Shown: positions 13,568-26,435, numbered from the whole stretch's first letter. The stretch: DNA of 57,775 nucleotides, filler included, from Sphacelaria rigidula (GCA_964200075.2; 8 parts of 8 records of this genome joined end to end with filler, not necessarily neighbours in it); one strand, 5' to 3'. Numbers and translations: made by a program. The notes: generated from the letters alone by a model not told the origin.

Positions 13568-13629
13568 TCTCGAAAGGGATGCGTGGTTAATGGTCAAATG
13601 ACTAAGGCAAGCAACAAATGAGTACGCCC
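13568..13629 (+). mobile_element. 5'-truncated poly(C)-tailed element, subfamily B, with 17-bp TSD
   Basis: CCCCTGACAGTATACCG at 13551-13567 and 13630-13646 flanks an insert ending ...ATGAGTACGCCC. Confidence 0.88.
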
Positions 13630-14371
13630 CCCCTGACAGTATACCGGGTCCTGGCTGGTTGTGCCCGTACCCAGCCTCGGGATTTGGGATCTCTCCCGAC
13701 ATCCGATTGGTGTCCTTGTCCGAAACTGCGGATTGTTCCGCGTCACAGTCCCGACAGAGGATGATGCCATTTGGGTAAAATGCAGATCCGTCGGGTTCAG
13801 CCCGTTCATGCCCAGCCTACGCTGATAATGCAGCCGTATTTCTTCAGGTAAAATAATTTGAAGGCGATTGAACAGATGGCCTACTCACGTGCGGTGGCGG
13901 TCGAAGGGTGTAAATAAAATAACCCTTCCGCGGTCAGGGTAGTTTGCCCTATTGAATCACTATCACGTTCACTTGAAAATTCACTACGCGACCATGATGA
14001 CCTGCGCTGGCGGATCAAAGGGATATTACCTCTTGACCGAAAGCATAGATCATCTGCTGCATCGGGTAAGCCTCTTGGGGACCTGAGTGGACTAACCGGC
14101 GGTGAGGGCTTAATGTGAATCGGCATTATATTTTGTTCAACACAAGCTCAATGCTTATTATTATTAGGGCGTGTCTTGGCACTTTTTTTTTCGATCGCAA
14201 AAACGAGCGGTGGAATAGAGTCAAGTGAAAAATTCTCATTTTGATGCAGTTGGGTCCGGATGGATTCATTCAAGCTTCCGATCGAAAAAAGACAGTCAAA
14301 TTCGTGAAACGGTACATGGTCTGTACTGTTTGCACTGCTTGCAAGTAGGGTGTTTTGAGTGCGTGTGTGCG

Positions 14372-14471
14372 NNNNNNNNNNNNNNNNNNNNNNNNNNNNN
14401 NNNNNNNNNNNNNNNTTAATTAATTAANNNNNNNNNNNNNNNNNNNNNNNNNNNNNNNNNNNNNNNNNNNN
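14372..14471. other. Artificial scaffold spacer
   Basis: N44-TTAATTAATTAA-N44. Confidence 0.99.
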
Positions 14472-14864
14472 CTCAATGAAAAGCACCATCCTCAACATAG
14501 ATGATCGGCTGTTTAAGGGAGATAGCGCCAATACTAAAATCTCCATGAAACTCTCGATCGATGTATTCAGCCGATCGATGGCGACGAAAATTGGTGTGGA
14601 GAACCGCAAAAGAGTGCCGAATAAAAAGAAAAAGGGGCCTTCATTTTTTTTTCTTCATAGAGGTTAGGGCGTTCTCGTGAAGAAACATACTGACACGCCC
14701 TCAACCAGTGAAAAAATGAATGAAAAAAAATCTGGACCACTGAGTTTTGTAAATTATGCCGTGGCGACGGCCCACACAAATTTCCATTACACAAACACCC
14801 AACGTGGGCCCGTGAGTGGCCTACGAAATACTGTTCCGAATTTTTACCGATCCGATTCTTAAAA

Positions 14865-15136
14865 GGCGAATGCGCCGGGCAATATTTAGAGTTGGACCCT
14901 GAAATTTGGTATGGACAATGCACGAGCATAATAGAAAATCGGGAAGAAGCACATGAAGTTTTTCTTTTTTTCGTGAGTTAAGGTCAATAATCAATTTTCA
15001 GGTTTCAGCATAACGCCCATAACTCACGGAAAAAAAAAAACTCCATGTGCTTCTTCCCGATTTTTTATTATGACCTGTGCATTATCCATACCGAATTTCA
15101 GGGTCTAACTCCAAATATTGCCCGGCGCGTCCACCT
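14865..15136. repeat. Long hairpin / MITE-like palindrome
   Basis: ~120 nt arms: GCGCCGGGCAATATTT...GGGAAGAAGCACATG pairs with CATGTGCTTCTTCCC...AAATATTGCCCGGCGC. Confidence 0.8.
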
Positions 15137-15419
15137 GCAAACGTTCATGCAGCCTCTAGGCTGGCCCAGGTCGTAACAGTACCGTACATTTCGGTACTAA
15201 GCAAAAATCCATGAAACCGTTTTTCCCTGCTTATTGGGCGCGAAAACTGGCCGAATGAATCTCCACACAACGCTGTTGCAGGGAAATAAGTGGTCTGTTA
15301 GTTCACTATTTTTTATTTTTGCATAGTGGGGGATTGGAGACCGCGAAGCACGCGACAGGTCCGCCTTACATACAGAGAGGATGCCCAGCTAAAGCCTCGA
15401 AGTACACTACATCGATTAC

Positions 15420-15753
15420 GCACACGCGGCCATTTGGCTACCTTCAAAATTCCTCCAGGTGGGTAAACTTTTCGAGCCTCCAGAGGAATTAAACGCCTCC
15501 GGAGGGATGCGCGGCTCTCCAGAGGAGATTTTTTGGTTCCCTCCAGAGGAATAAAACGCCTTCGGAGGCTTATTTTTGCCTCTGGAGGGCCACGCATACC
15601 CCCAAATTCCTGCAGAAGGGTGCGCGGCCCTCCGGGTCGGTAGAGTTCGGTTTCCTCCAGAGAGATTCAAGGCCTCCGGGGGCTTGTTTCCCCCCTGGAG
15701 GGCCGCGCATCCCTCCGAAGGCATTCGGAGTGTAGCCAAATGGCCGCGTGTGC
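15420..15753. mobile_element. MITE with CAC-type TIRs and subterminal repeats (CMC/EnSpm-like)
   Basis: Perfect TIR GCACACGCGGCCATTTGGCTAC / GTAGCCAAATGGCCGCGTGTGC, with repeated CCTCCAGAGG-like units inside. No TSD resolved. Confidence 0.7.
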
Positions 15754-17279
15754 CTTGAACCAGCACTTGATACAACTCGTATTCAAACGGCGACCCCGTA
15801 TCGAGGAAGAAATACCCCAGGAAACACGTAAGGCGCGTGTCTATCCATCATAGTCTCCCCGCATCACATGGGCTGACATGCGTTAGGTCGCTATAATAGA
15901 ACACATATTTTTTCACTCGGAGCTCCAGTGTACTGTAAAATGTGCGCATACTAGACAGAGGGAAAAGTGACGCGCGGTTCATTGATTGACCAATATACGT
16001 GGAAAGAGAAAGTGGCATGCAGTTTCATCATTGGCCAACGAAAAGGCTCAGGAAACCTGACTGGCAGTTATTCCGTGATCGACCACTGACATCACCCGCG
16101 TCTTGGAGCGGAGAGATCTTCAGATATGATTGACGTCACGCGGTAAATTTTATCGCTTCGGTTAAACTTTGTGGGATATTTCTCGAAAAATTATTCGTCC
16201 AAGCCAGTTTCGGGATTGGTCGACGCTTTAGGCTGATTGCTCGGATTGTTTGAAAACGCTCCATCATGTATGTGTGGCGCCATTTTGCGGTTTGTTTCTA
16301 GATGAAGAAAGTGGTGAACGATGTAGGTTGAGGAAAAATCCAATCCAATTCAAATAATACACAGCAAAACTCAGGCCAAAAATTCCCGTTAGAAACATCC
16401 GAAAATACCCGAAACTCATCCTGCTTCGATATTTTCAACCAAAAATATCCGGCCGATTGAATTTTCACCACCGTAGTTGACACTTCGTCTACTGTAAAAG
16501 CATCGCTTCTTATTGTCGCCATAATTACTGCACAACCGAATGCCTGGGCACTTCATCAATATGATGCCTGGATGGTTCGAGAGGAGTTCATATGGTGCTG
16601 CGCCCGACGAGTATGTCAGGCAGTGCCCCTGCCAAGGAGCTACGGATTGCGCTGCATATGGCCACGTGGGGTTGCGTATCGACACCAGACCGTATTTGGT
16701 GTGGTGTCCTGAGTTCGTATCAAGACCGCGTCATCCCGGCCGGGTCTCTTGTGGCTCAACTCGCATCCGCTGCGGGGCGATCTTCCGCTCGTCAACTCTG
16801 AGGACTGCGTAGAGAATATTTTGAAGGGGCATGATTCACCCAAGCGACGCGGAGGCTTGGCGGGTAGCCTTTGTCGACGTTGAGGGCAGGGGCAAGGGCA
16901 GCTCGTCGTATCAGCAGTCAGCCAGACTCGGCAAGCGATCCTTTCTTAGGCATCAATGAGTAAACTGATCCATTTAGACTATCAAGGCATCCCGTCCTGC
17001 ATGCTTCACGTCCAGGTTCGTGCCGGCATCAATTTGAGGAACCCACACTTAAGATTGTTCGGCCCGAAGCCTACTGATTATCTTGGATTTGGATGATAGC
17101 CTACAATGAGTTGCTTTATTGTCTGGCATCGCCACTTCCTGAGACAGCCACGGCTCACAGCTCGACGTCGCCCGCTTCGGCCACCGAGTCGTGAAATACC
17201 ACTTTCTAACGACGTTCGGTACCACGTGGAAGGAACGTCTCCCGGACGCTTGCCCTCGCTATCCCGGTCGCTGATGTGT

Positions 17280-19560
17280 GACGAGGCTGCCAGATCGATC
17301 CGCTTACCCGAGATCCACCGAAAATATGTTCCGAGAAAAATGCCCGCTCAAAGGGGTGTTCATCGTTCCGCGCATCAGCGGGTGGCCCAAGAAGGGTTCC
17401 GCGCGTGCAGCACCGAACGCCCTGGGCGGAGGCAGCTACTCCCGTGACTTCCGCAACTTCTTATTCGATTTTTCTCGAACACAATGTGGGGCCGGCGTGA
17501 CTTCCGGGCAAACAAAGAACACCGGCCGTTGACAGTCCGAAACTTCGAGAGGAGGTTCCAGATTTTCGAGACAGAATTCATCATGGGGTTGCACAGCGGC
17601 GCGGGGTCGGAACTTTGTCCCATAGACAGACCGCCGAGCTTTCGCCCTCGCGCCCTACACGTCGGGGTTTGGGATAGTTATGTGTACCGTTTAGTGCTCG
17701 ATGGTCCTTGGAACGATTACCTCCACCAGTGTGGACGGGGGAGCGCCTTATATCTGGACGTTAGTATTGAGCACTACGTTCAAACGCAGCGCCTGCTTCA
17801 GCGTATTACGTAAGCAGAAGAGGAATGGAAACAAAGAGAGGAAATAAACGGGGGAGCAACAGAACATTCGTGTGCTGTGCTGACATGTTGAGGGCTATCC
17901 TCGGTACAGAACAGTTCAAGCGCGACCAGCAGGTCGCCTGGAACCGAGGAAAAGGGGTCGACAACAACTCGAATACTTGGTAGGCGCCTCCGGGCACGGC
18001 TCTCGATAGGCTTATGTTTCGCCTCCACGTCGGTGGCGTTTCGTGCGGGGACATACCCACCAGCTACAGTTACTGGGATTCGTTGTACTTACGAGCACAC
18101 GACATTAGCGTTCGAACATGGTGCAGCGTAGGCATTTGCGGAGCAAGATCGAATATTGGATATTACAACGTTCGCTTGGAAATAAGTCGCGCTTCTTCCA
18201 TAATAGTTGCCGTGCTACTTTCCCGTGGCCTATAGCATGCCCACTTGCTGGTCAACCTTATAATTGACTGCCTCAGTACGTCCCTTTTTCTTGATTAGTA
18301 ATCGGATGCTGCTCTCGACATTCATGTTTTAGATACCATGCCCCACGCATATCCCGAGTAGCCCGTTCGGGTAAATTATCGAGAGGTCTAAGCGGCATAT
18401 ACATACTATGCCTATAGTTTAAGCCGAACGTGAGAGTTGCTAGTGGACAGTACTATTAACAAACACACTGTGTGACCACCATATATGTATACGGGGACTC
18501 CTGTGTCGATGTCAACATATAATGGATAATTCTAGGCTGTAGGCGTGAACAAAATGTTCACCGATGCTAACCGGGTCATTCCGTGGGGTTTAATACTAAA
18601 CGCCTCTCGTCTTGGTGAAGTTCGGCCTCCGAGACACACATACGGCTGGCGTAAATACGCCGCCATATGGTGACTATGATACAGTAACTGCTCCGATCGC
18701 CGTGGACATTTTGTAATTCGCTCATAGTTAGTCTACAACCGAACAAGCTTTACACAACGGGACATAGTGAACTCTCCTATACTCGATGCAGAGAGCCCCA
18801 CATAAGATATAGGGACGTGAAACCGTTATGGGTGCAATTATCTCGCGACCTCGATATTTGCCATTTGCCGAATATCTCAACAACCAGAAACGCGTCAGCT
18901 GTGCGGTCGACACAAGTTGACAGAGCGGAGAGCCCTTTTTCAGCGCAAACGTGCGTTGGAAGTGCGCTGAAGAACGAACTGGAAACATCGACCTGCGCCA
19001 AGGCATGTGCAAAGACACGCACGATGGCGCCGAGGTCAGTAAGGCTTTTCCCGGCAGTGACTCGCGTCTTTGTTCTGCAATTATATGTGTTCTTTGTTAA
19101 CAACACAAGAAACGGCATCAGCTACACGCGTTTTCAGGGATATCTTGAAGTGCAAGTTTTTCATTGATGATGGAACGCGCGTACTTGGCACCGAAATCGT
19201 TGATTCCCGCCTGTTGTGCACCCAGGCCTCTTGTCCATCGATCTTGTTTAGCTGGGTGCCGAGGTGGAATAAATGCGGGTTGGGAGCTGGGGTGTATGGA
19301 GGGGCGCCACCAGGACTGCATCCAGCTAGCATCACGGCAGTGTGATGTTCAGTGCGGAATCTACCGAAATCAGTTTCCGAAACCGACAATATTCAACACA
19401 TGCCGAAGAGCATGTCTTGACGTCGTAGGAGACACGTGCGCAAAGTCTCAGGACACCGTGGCAGACACGGGAGCTTTGGGCACCACCTACTATACTGAGT
19501 TGTGACGAAGTCCTGTGCGGGTCATTCCACAGTGACATCATGCACCATCATTGTAGCTCG
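17280..19560 (+). pseudogene. Highly degenerate DNA-transposase-like coding relic (P/THAP9-like motif spacing)
   Basis: Frameshifted fragments YSRDFRNFLFDFS, QVDRAESPFSA, AYLAPKS and GWELGCME loosely follow P-like transposase motif order. Confidence 0.3.
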
Positions 19561-21606
19561 CGATAGTATCATAGCAGCACTATGGGTCCTTTGACATGAC
19601 GTCCAGGGGAATGAGATGGTGCCTGATAGCATGGAAGATCCACCGGAGTGACATAGTGAACCCTGTTTTGGACTGTACATACGTGTGTACTACTGGGTAC
19701 ACACGCAAGCAGGATACGCACCCGTGTGTACATCACGCCCTATTGTCGCCGCTGAGGTTGCTCTTACACGCGAGCGTTGTGTGTGTGCATCTTACATCTT
19801 CGCGGTCTACACCAAACGGCCCAAAAGCTTCATCACTTTTACTTACCCCGACCTCATCCCTAGAGGTAACACTAGCACTGAGTCCTAAACCCGCAACCAT
19901 GTAACTCTAGTCTGCGTTGGTGTGGTGTAAGTTTAGGTTGTCTTCGTGCGTAGGGTGTGTGTTTTAGCTACGTGTCGGCGCCATGATAGAACTGTTGAAA
20001 GGACATGGTCCCCTCCTGCGGTATACTTGTACCATCCCAATACCATGAAAGTGTCACGATTCTGTCGTGGCACTACCATGAAAGGCGCAGACAAGGAAGT
20101 AACATGAAAAAATCCTGGAGTTATCCTGGCACAGCAGGCGCCTGGTACCACCATTTGAGTGTCATGGTACTCACACGGCGCTCTCATGGAAGTGCCGCGA
20201 AATATTTTGATTGTCATGTGAACTACTGCAACAGTGCCGTACACTATTATTCTTCGATGTGACATTCTGATTCACAGTACCACACCTTGCGTAAACGTTA
20301 ATGCTTCACGATGAGCTGTTCATTCTTCAGTATGCCAAACGCGGGTACTCACTGTGAGTGGCCTTCACGAGGTGCATATGCTGGAACCGATCAACGGCTA
20401 AGGTCAATCAACTTTACAGTGTACTCTTTGCGTCACGCGCAGTTTAGTGGTGGTACACAGGGACCGGGCCCTACTTCTTCGCGCAATCTCCTGGCATGTT
20501 TTTCGCCTATTTCGCTCATCATTATGTGTGGGAAATAATAAAGAGGTGGGATCCTCGCGCATGCTTGTGCCCGTGATGGAGCAATTGTTCAATGGGGTGG
20601 TGCCGTGCGCTCTCCAGACACAAGCGGGGTTTGTGGTGAAGTGAAATGTGAGCAGCCACTATCTTCCACAAAACAGCGTTAGCGGTGATTGCACGTTTCG
20701 ACTGACTGACTCTGCGGCATGTGGTGTAGCACACAGAGGCGCCACCATTTAATCTCAGCGATGGGCGGTAGTACACAGCTTGTACTAAAGACGTCAAAAT
20801 CGTTAATGTTTGATGGCAGCGCCTGCCCATAGCTTGGAGGCATGAAATCGACGACGACGGAAATGCTTTGTGTTTTTTTTTTTTTCACAAATATGATCAC
20901 CCTTGTCAACCTGGACACCTACAAGAAGGCCTTAAACTCAAAGCGTTACGATTATACATTGAGTGTTAGAAACAACCTGCTCGTTGAGCTTTTGCCAGTG
21001 ATCCTGCGTCAACGCAGGTAGACATACAGTGGATTGAGTTCCTGTAGGTGAGACAAAGGTTCCATGGCAAATATAACGCAGTGTTTGGTGGTGCTTCAAA
21101 GCTAAGATTCGGGACTACTGTGGAAATACGTTTTTGTTACTGTTGATACACTACTGAGTGGGAAGGCTAGCGTGCCTGCCATCCGGGGTTTGCCCTGGGA
21201 CCCCGATAGGTTCAAGACTTCCAGTACGATGCTGTCGCCATCGTCTTGATAAAAAAAAGTGCATCACCAAGCGGTACAAGGCGTGCATGTACAGCAGCAG
21301 ACAGTGCACAGGACTCGAGAAGCCGTTACCCCAACGGAACCGAAACACAAGAACTCAAATCGCAAGAAATTCGTGTGTAGGCAAGCAGTTTCTTGAGACC
21401 GACCCACCCATGGGGCCGCTCCTCTCAAGTCCTCCAGTGGCTTCTTCACTGCCCACTTCCCTTCTTAACGTGAGTGTTCGCAATCGCCTTGGACGTAGTG
21501 GTTCGACTATCGATTGTGGCTCGTAGCGTAGGGCCTGTGAAAGTGATGGGGGATCAAACCCCCACGACTAACTTTTGTGACGGTTTAAGAGACAACCAAC
21601 TAGACT

Positions 21607-21706
21607 NNNNNNNNNNNNNNNNNNNNNNNNNNNNNNNNNNNNNNNNNNNNTTAATTAATTAANNNNNNNNNNNNNNNNNNNNNNNNNNNNNNNNNNNNNN
21701 NNNNNN
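21607..21706. other. Artificial scaffold spacer
   Basis: N44-TTAATTAATTAA-N44. Confidence 0.99.
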
Positions 21707-22932
21707 ACTCTTCAACTTTGCATCCTATTTCTATCCCCGCTTTCTCCCATGACTCTTGGATTCCTACGATGTCTAGGGTTGGGGGGGAGGGGGGGGATTT
21801 ATCGTAGAAAGTGTCATTCATAGATTTTCTTCGTAGAGGGTTGATCAATTTCAAGTAGCATCGTTTTGTCCGCCACTTTCCCCCCCCCGAAATTAGAAGA
21901 CCGACAAGATAATGTCGCAACTGTACGATAAAACCCTGCTGTACGCTGCCTAACCTATAATGCAAAACAGCTGCTACTACGGAGTTCGGGTAAAAACGTT
22001 GCCAGGGTGTGTTGGGTGCGGTAAGTACCGGGGTTCTTACTCTCCCGAGTTTTGTGTTGCCATGGTCCGAACTCTTAACACTACCCAAATATTGGGCAAA
22101 GTGAGGTACAATCGCAATGCTCCACACCTTGGACGATATATGGTCAATAGTTGCAATAGACAAGAAACGTACTGCATAAAATATGGGCCTATTGCGACTG
22201 GTCGGCCGGCAATAGTTACAATATACTCATACTTAATGCAGTACACTTTTCGCCGTTTGCATCTATTGACCATATATTGTGCAGGGTGTACAATACTCTC
22301 ACCAAGACCCGGGTACTGCACTGTTGAGTACGATCTCAATACTCTACTACGAGCTTTGAGTACTTGAGGTACCATTTTCAAAATAACCATTTGTAGACAA
22401 GACCCCGCCCAACAAACACACTCTCTATACACTGCTCGCAATGAAGAAAACTTTCAATAGCAATGGTTGTCATCATTCCCGGACCCTGGTTTTTCAAGGT
22501 ATACACAATTGCACTACGTACGTAGTGCATGCTTTGGTCCTTGACCCCCAGAAGGACGAGGAAAACGGTGGACCTCACACTCTACAAGTTGCGCAGTGCA
22601 AACTCGGGGCCAAAAGTAGGCTGCCTTGCTCCGGTAGCACACGACGAGCACAGCCAAAAATAACGCCTGTGGTCTGCCGTCCGCTGTTTTCCAGAGTCTG
22701 GTGTTGGAACGCAGCTTGCTTGAGCCCAATCGAATCGGCATATCATCGAAACAACTCTTACGATTTCCACGAACAAATTAACCATGAAGTCGTCAATCAC
22801 TCAGTCGCCCCTCCCCACCATGGCGCGCAGCACGCACATGCGACACATGGGGGGGCAAAAAATCCCAGCGGAACCTCCCGAAACCAGGGGCTGGTTCCGG
22901 CGGGGAGCTTCATATCACTGTTTGCGTTCCCG

Positions 22933-23060
22933 GTTGATTGATTGATTGATTGATTAATTGATTGTCGCACTTCAACTGACCCCCCAGAGGTCCAGCCGTG
23001 GTCTCATGAGAGACGTACTCAAGAAAAACAAAACTGACAACAGAAAAAAAAAAAAACGGT
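22933..23060 (-). mobile_element. Retroposon 3' end with (ATCA)n tail
   Basis: (TTGA)n-TTGTCGCACTTCAACTGACCCCCCAGAGGTCCAGCCGTGGTCTCATGA; also at 31328-31406 and 50322-50410. Confidence 0.7.
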
Positions 23061-23478
23061 GCAAGTGCCGAACGCCATGTCGTTATTCTCGGGGGAACAA
23101 CTAGGTACACAAACAGCACTCTCGGGATAAAAAAAAAAAAGGCGGAAGTAATAAAATAACCCCTTCCCAGCGCGTACTTGACGTCGGGGTGACAGGGACA
23201 CATTTTAATACATGGCATCGGGTAAATAATGTGGCCCCCATCCCCACACATTGTTGGCAGAATATTTTCTGAACATACACGCACGCTACACACCACGAGT
23301 TGACAAACCACCCTTCAAACACAGCTGCAACGGAGAACAAGGTCAGAGTGTTGGTTCTTTCTCCTGTGGGCGCCGTATCTGGCGTTAGATTGAGACCACG
23401 ACGGGAGGCATAACCCATGCATCACCGCCCATACACCCTACTACGAATCCTGCGAGTCTATTTCTCGCACACACTCAC

Positions 23479-25363
23479 CCGGAATCTCCAGCACATGCAG
23501 CCAAATCTAGTTCGTCCGCCAGCACCACCAGCCGGTAATACTGCGCGAACACCTCCACAGAGCATAGAATTTTCGGGGCTGGAAGTGGGTCTCTGTTATT
23601 CTCGTCTTCGTCAACGTTCGCGTTGTCCCCTCTCTTACCGCATCCCGTGCTGACAACACTCGCTTGCTGACGAAGTGCAAGTGTGGTACCTTGTGGCGGC
23701 GGCGGCGGCGGCGGCGGTTGTTTCTGGTCTGTCGGGGCGTGCGGCATCGCCGACTTGGACTCACCAGAAACATTGACCGTCATTCCGTTGGTGGGCGAGG
23801 TCGATCCTTCCTCAATCGCAGAGGATCCGCTACCGCAGCTCGGGTTCTTGCCGATCGCCACAGCGCGATCAACCGCATCTGCACCTCCGAACGTCACCCG
23901 GGTCAAGTCTTCCCGTAGAAGCGCAGGGACATCGTGGGGGCCGTGCAGCGCTGCGGCGAAGAAAGAAACGTAGATACGGTGGATCGCTTCTCGCGCATCG
24001 TCCGCTAAACGCAGTACGAGTACGCCGCTATCGGTTTGCTGGCTATCGCCACCGTCGGCACCGGCACCAGTCCCGCCTCCTCGTACCCTACCTTTAGTCG
24101 ACGACCCCCGAACCGTCGAGATCAAACGAACGGCTTGGTGAGCGGCGTGGGCTACCCGAGCTCTCCTCTTGGCCACGTCCGCCGGCCGCGAAAACCATCG
24201 CTCTATGGCGCTGCAGACCTCGTCTTTACCGTCGGCATGACCTCGTTCGTGTGATCCTCTTGCGCGAGTAGTTGCCGCTCCGTCGCCACTGCCGTTACCT
24301 CCCGTGCCCCCGCTCCACGTCCTTCTATCAAACGCACCTCTTTGCTCATTCGTTCCTATGGGTGAAGAAACAGAGACCCCAAGGCACTTGGCCAGCGCGC
24401 GCATTTCAGCGGCAGTCAAGACTTCGCGGATAGCGAGCGCAGCCAGTTCATCGATCATCTCGGTATCACCAGTACAGTCCCTGATTGTTCGTCTCGTACC
24501 ATCGTCCGCGAGAGACACAGCCAATCCGGCGCGCACTAGGGCCGCCGCCGACTCGTACTCGGCGCTCACGCAACTTTCTCGTTGGCACGCATAAGCATCG
24601 TTTACGGCCGCCGCTAAAGCCGGATCGTTGGGATGCAAGCGCGAACCGGGTCCTGTTCCAGGCGGGCGCGGCGTAGGTCGACGACAGAGACGTTTCCACG
24701 TAGACTTTTGATGGTACAATCGGAGTGCTAGCACGATTGGATCATTATCGTGGGTCGGTGCTTCCCTCAATAATTCTGTGTCCATCGATGCTAATGTCAT
24801 GAACGCCGCACCGGTCAGCCCATCCTCGCGTCTGAGTGCTACATCCAGAAGAGTTGGAGGGGAGAACTTCGTGTTTGCGGTACTCGCTGCAGGCACCGCG
24901 GTCGATCCGTTAGCCCTCATGTTCGACAGAGATGAACATAGATCGGTGGGCAATGCATGAAGCGCTTCCAGGTCCGGGGTGACGGTGGTGAGCGACCGAG
25001 TACGGGAGAGCCACGCGTGCATTATCCGAAAATTTTGTGCCTGTAATCTCCGGCTGCGATCTCTCTCAGCGGCTGTTACTCCCTTGAAATCATCGCTACA
25101 GCGTGCTATGTCCTCGGCTACATCATCACCATCATCGCTATCTCCCTGCTCCATCGCAGCATCTGGATCTTCTCCCGACGCCTCCAAGTATGCTTTATTA
25201 TCTACGGCATTCTCCTTATCTCCAATACAGCCACTCTCTGTCGAATTAGTTGGAATTTCTTTGCCAGACGCCAGCAGCGTCTCCTTCATGCACGCCCGCG
25301 CCCCTCCGAAAACTTGGCTCTGGGAGGCCCAATCCCACGTTTCGCTGCCTGTGCTCCCCATGC
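23479..25363 (-). CDS. FAN1: Fanconi-associated nuclease 1-like protein, large internal exon (helical/WH, SAP and pre-TPR region); gene continues off the scaffold
   Basis: Open 1.9 kb frame; AG acceptor at 25365-25364 and GTGAGT donor at 23478. Blocks collinear with FAN1: AQNF, LALRLYHQKSTW, LVRAGL, VLTAAEMRALAK (SAP-like), LRLADDAREAIHRI, LLREDLTRVTF, ILCSVEVFAQY. The VRR_NUC domain is not in the window. Confidence 0.75.
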
Positions 25364-25581
25364 CTGTTTCAATTTTCAAAACAAGTAGAGGAGGATCAAT
25401 ATGGATGCATATCTTGACTACACCACCTGCCCGACAACCGACCCCCCTCACGGTCGGCCAGACACCACGAGCGAACAACAAATGATGTCGCCATCTTCTA
25501 CCGATTCAGCAGTACTCCCATCCTAGCCCTACCGTAGTCGCTTGTGAAGGTTAAGAGGGTCAGGTTCTTCGATACACCCAC

Positions 25582-25927
25582 CCGGTGTTCTGTAGTCCTG
25601 AAAAATTGGTCCGTATGCCAAGGAATACGATCGCCGGGCCCATCTAGTAAGGTCACGTCTGCCGCCCGCCATCCCCCGGTTGCCGTGCTGCTCTCCTCCC
25701 TCCTGCAGTTGACGAAGCAAAGCCCACTGGCGTTGCCTCCGGGCGTCTACGATTTTACCCCAAGTCGGCTTTACTTCAGGAGGTGAATCAAGAGATGTTG
25801 CTGTGGCGATATCTGTTGAGCATGAGGCGGACGCGGCAGTCGTGGCGGATGATTGCCGCCTTTGAGCGGCAACGACATAAACTTCAATTACGCTGGTTTG
25901 CGAAGACCCTGTCTCGCTCAACATCAA
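25582..25927 (-). CDS. FAN1: FAN1-like gene, probable second coding exon (acceptor uncertain)
   Basis: Open frame ending at a phase-1 GTGGGT donor (25581) that matches the phase-1 acceptor at 25364. The 5' AG was chosen for phase-0 compatibility only. Confidence 0.5.
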
Positions 25928-26042
25928 CTTTGAATCGTACCCGGAGCAAGCAGCCCCTCGTATCAAGTCATACGTTCTGCATATCGGGGATGCACAAAGT
26001 GCGGTCGACAAATAGAGGAGATACTGAGCACCAAACACTCAC

Positions 26043-26435
26043 GGTCCCACCTCTTGCACGTTCATCGGCGACAGCATCCCGCAGGGATTTCTTGTTTGCC
26101 CGTTCCTTTCCGTGCACCATAGCGCCACCCGAAGCTCTGCCTCCAGCGCCATTACCCGGTCCGCCGATACCACCTCCGCCTCGCTTCACGGACGTCTCCG
26201 GCACCTTCCCGGCCGGGGGCGAAGACGACCGAGACCCCGAGTGCCCGGCTCCGAAGTAGTCCATTATTTTGACCTTTTTGGCATACGATGAAGAAGACGA
26301 GGTGCGTCTTTGGCTGTCTTCATTGGTGAGATCGTGGTCGATTGCTGTTGGGCGGGGTCTCTTGTTCTTGACGCCTCCGCTGCTGCTATCCGTGGACTCT
26401 GCTCGACTCGGGGTTCCATGTCTTCGAGCTGACAT
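26043..26435 (-). CDS. FAN1: FAN1-like gene, probable first coding exon (low-complexity, NLS-like)
   Basis: ATG 26435 MSARRHG...KNKRPRP...KKVKIMDYF (PIP-like); GTGAGT donor at 26042. A pyrimidine tract plus AG at ~26479 suggests a further upstream exon. Confidence 0.55.

Noticed and set aside
12260-14130. Possible Gypsy gag/protease relic on the minus strand between insertions
   Set aside because: No D(S/T)G or zinc-knuckle motif found.
22560-22760. Candidate next FAN1 exon (minus), and the strong acceptor near 23326
   Set aside because: No FAN1 TPR similarity in any frame; the acceptor near 23326 hits a stop in the required phase.
23507-25485. Multiple plus-strand and alternate-frame ORFs overlapping the FAN1-like exon, and most other 60-150 aa ORFs in the track
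   Set aside because: Shadow ORFs of GC-rich coding DNA, or chance ORFs in repeats.
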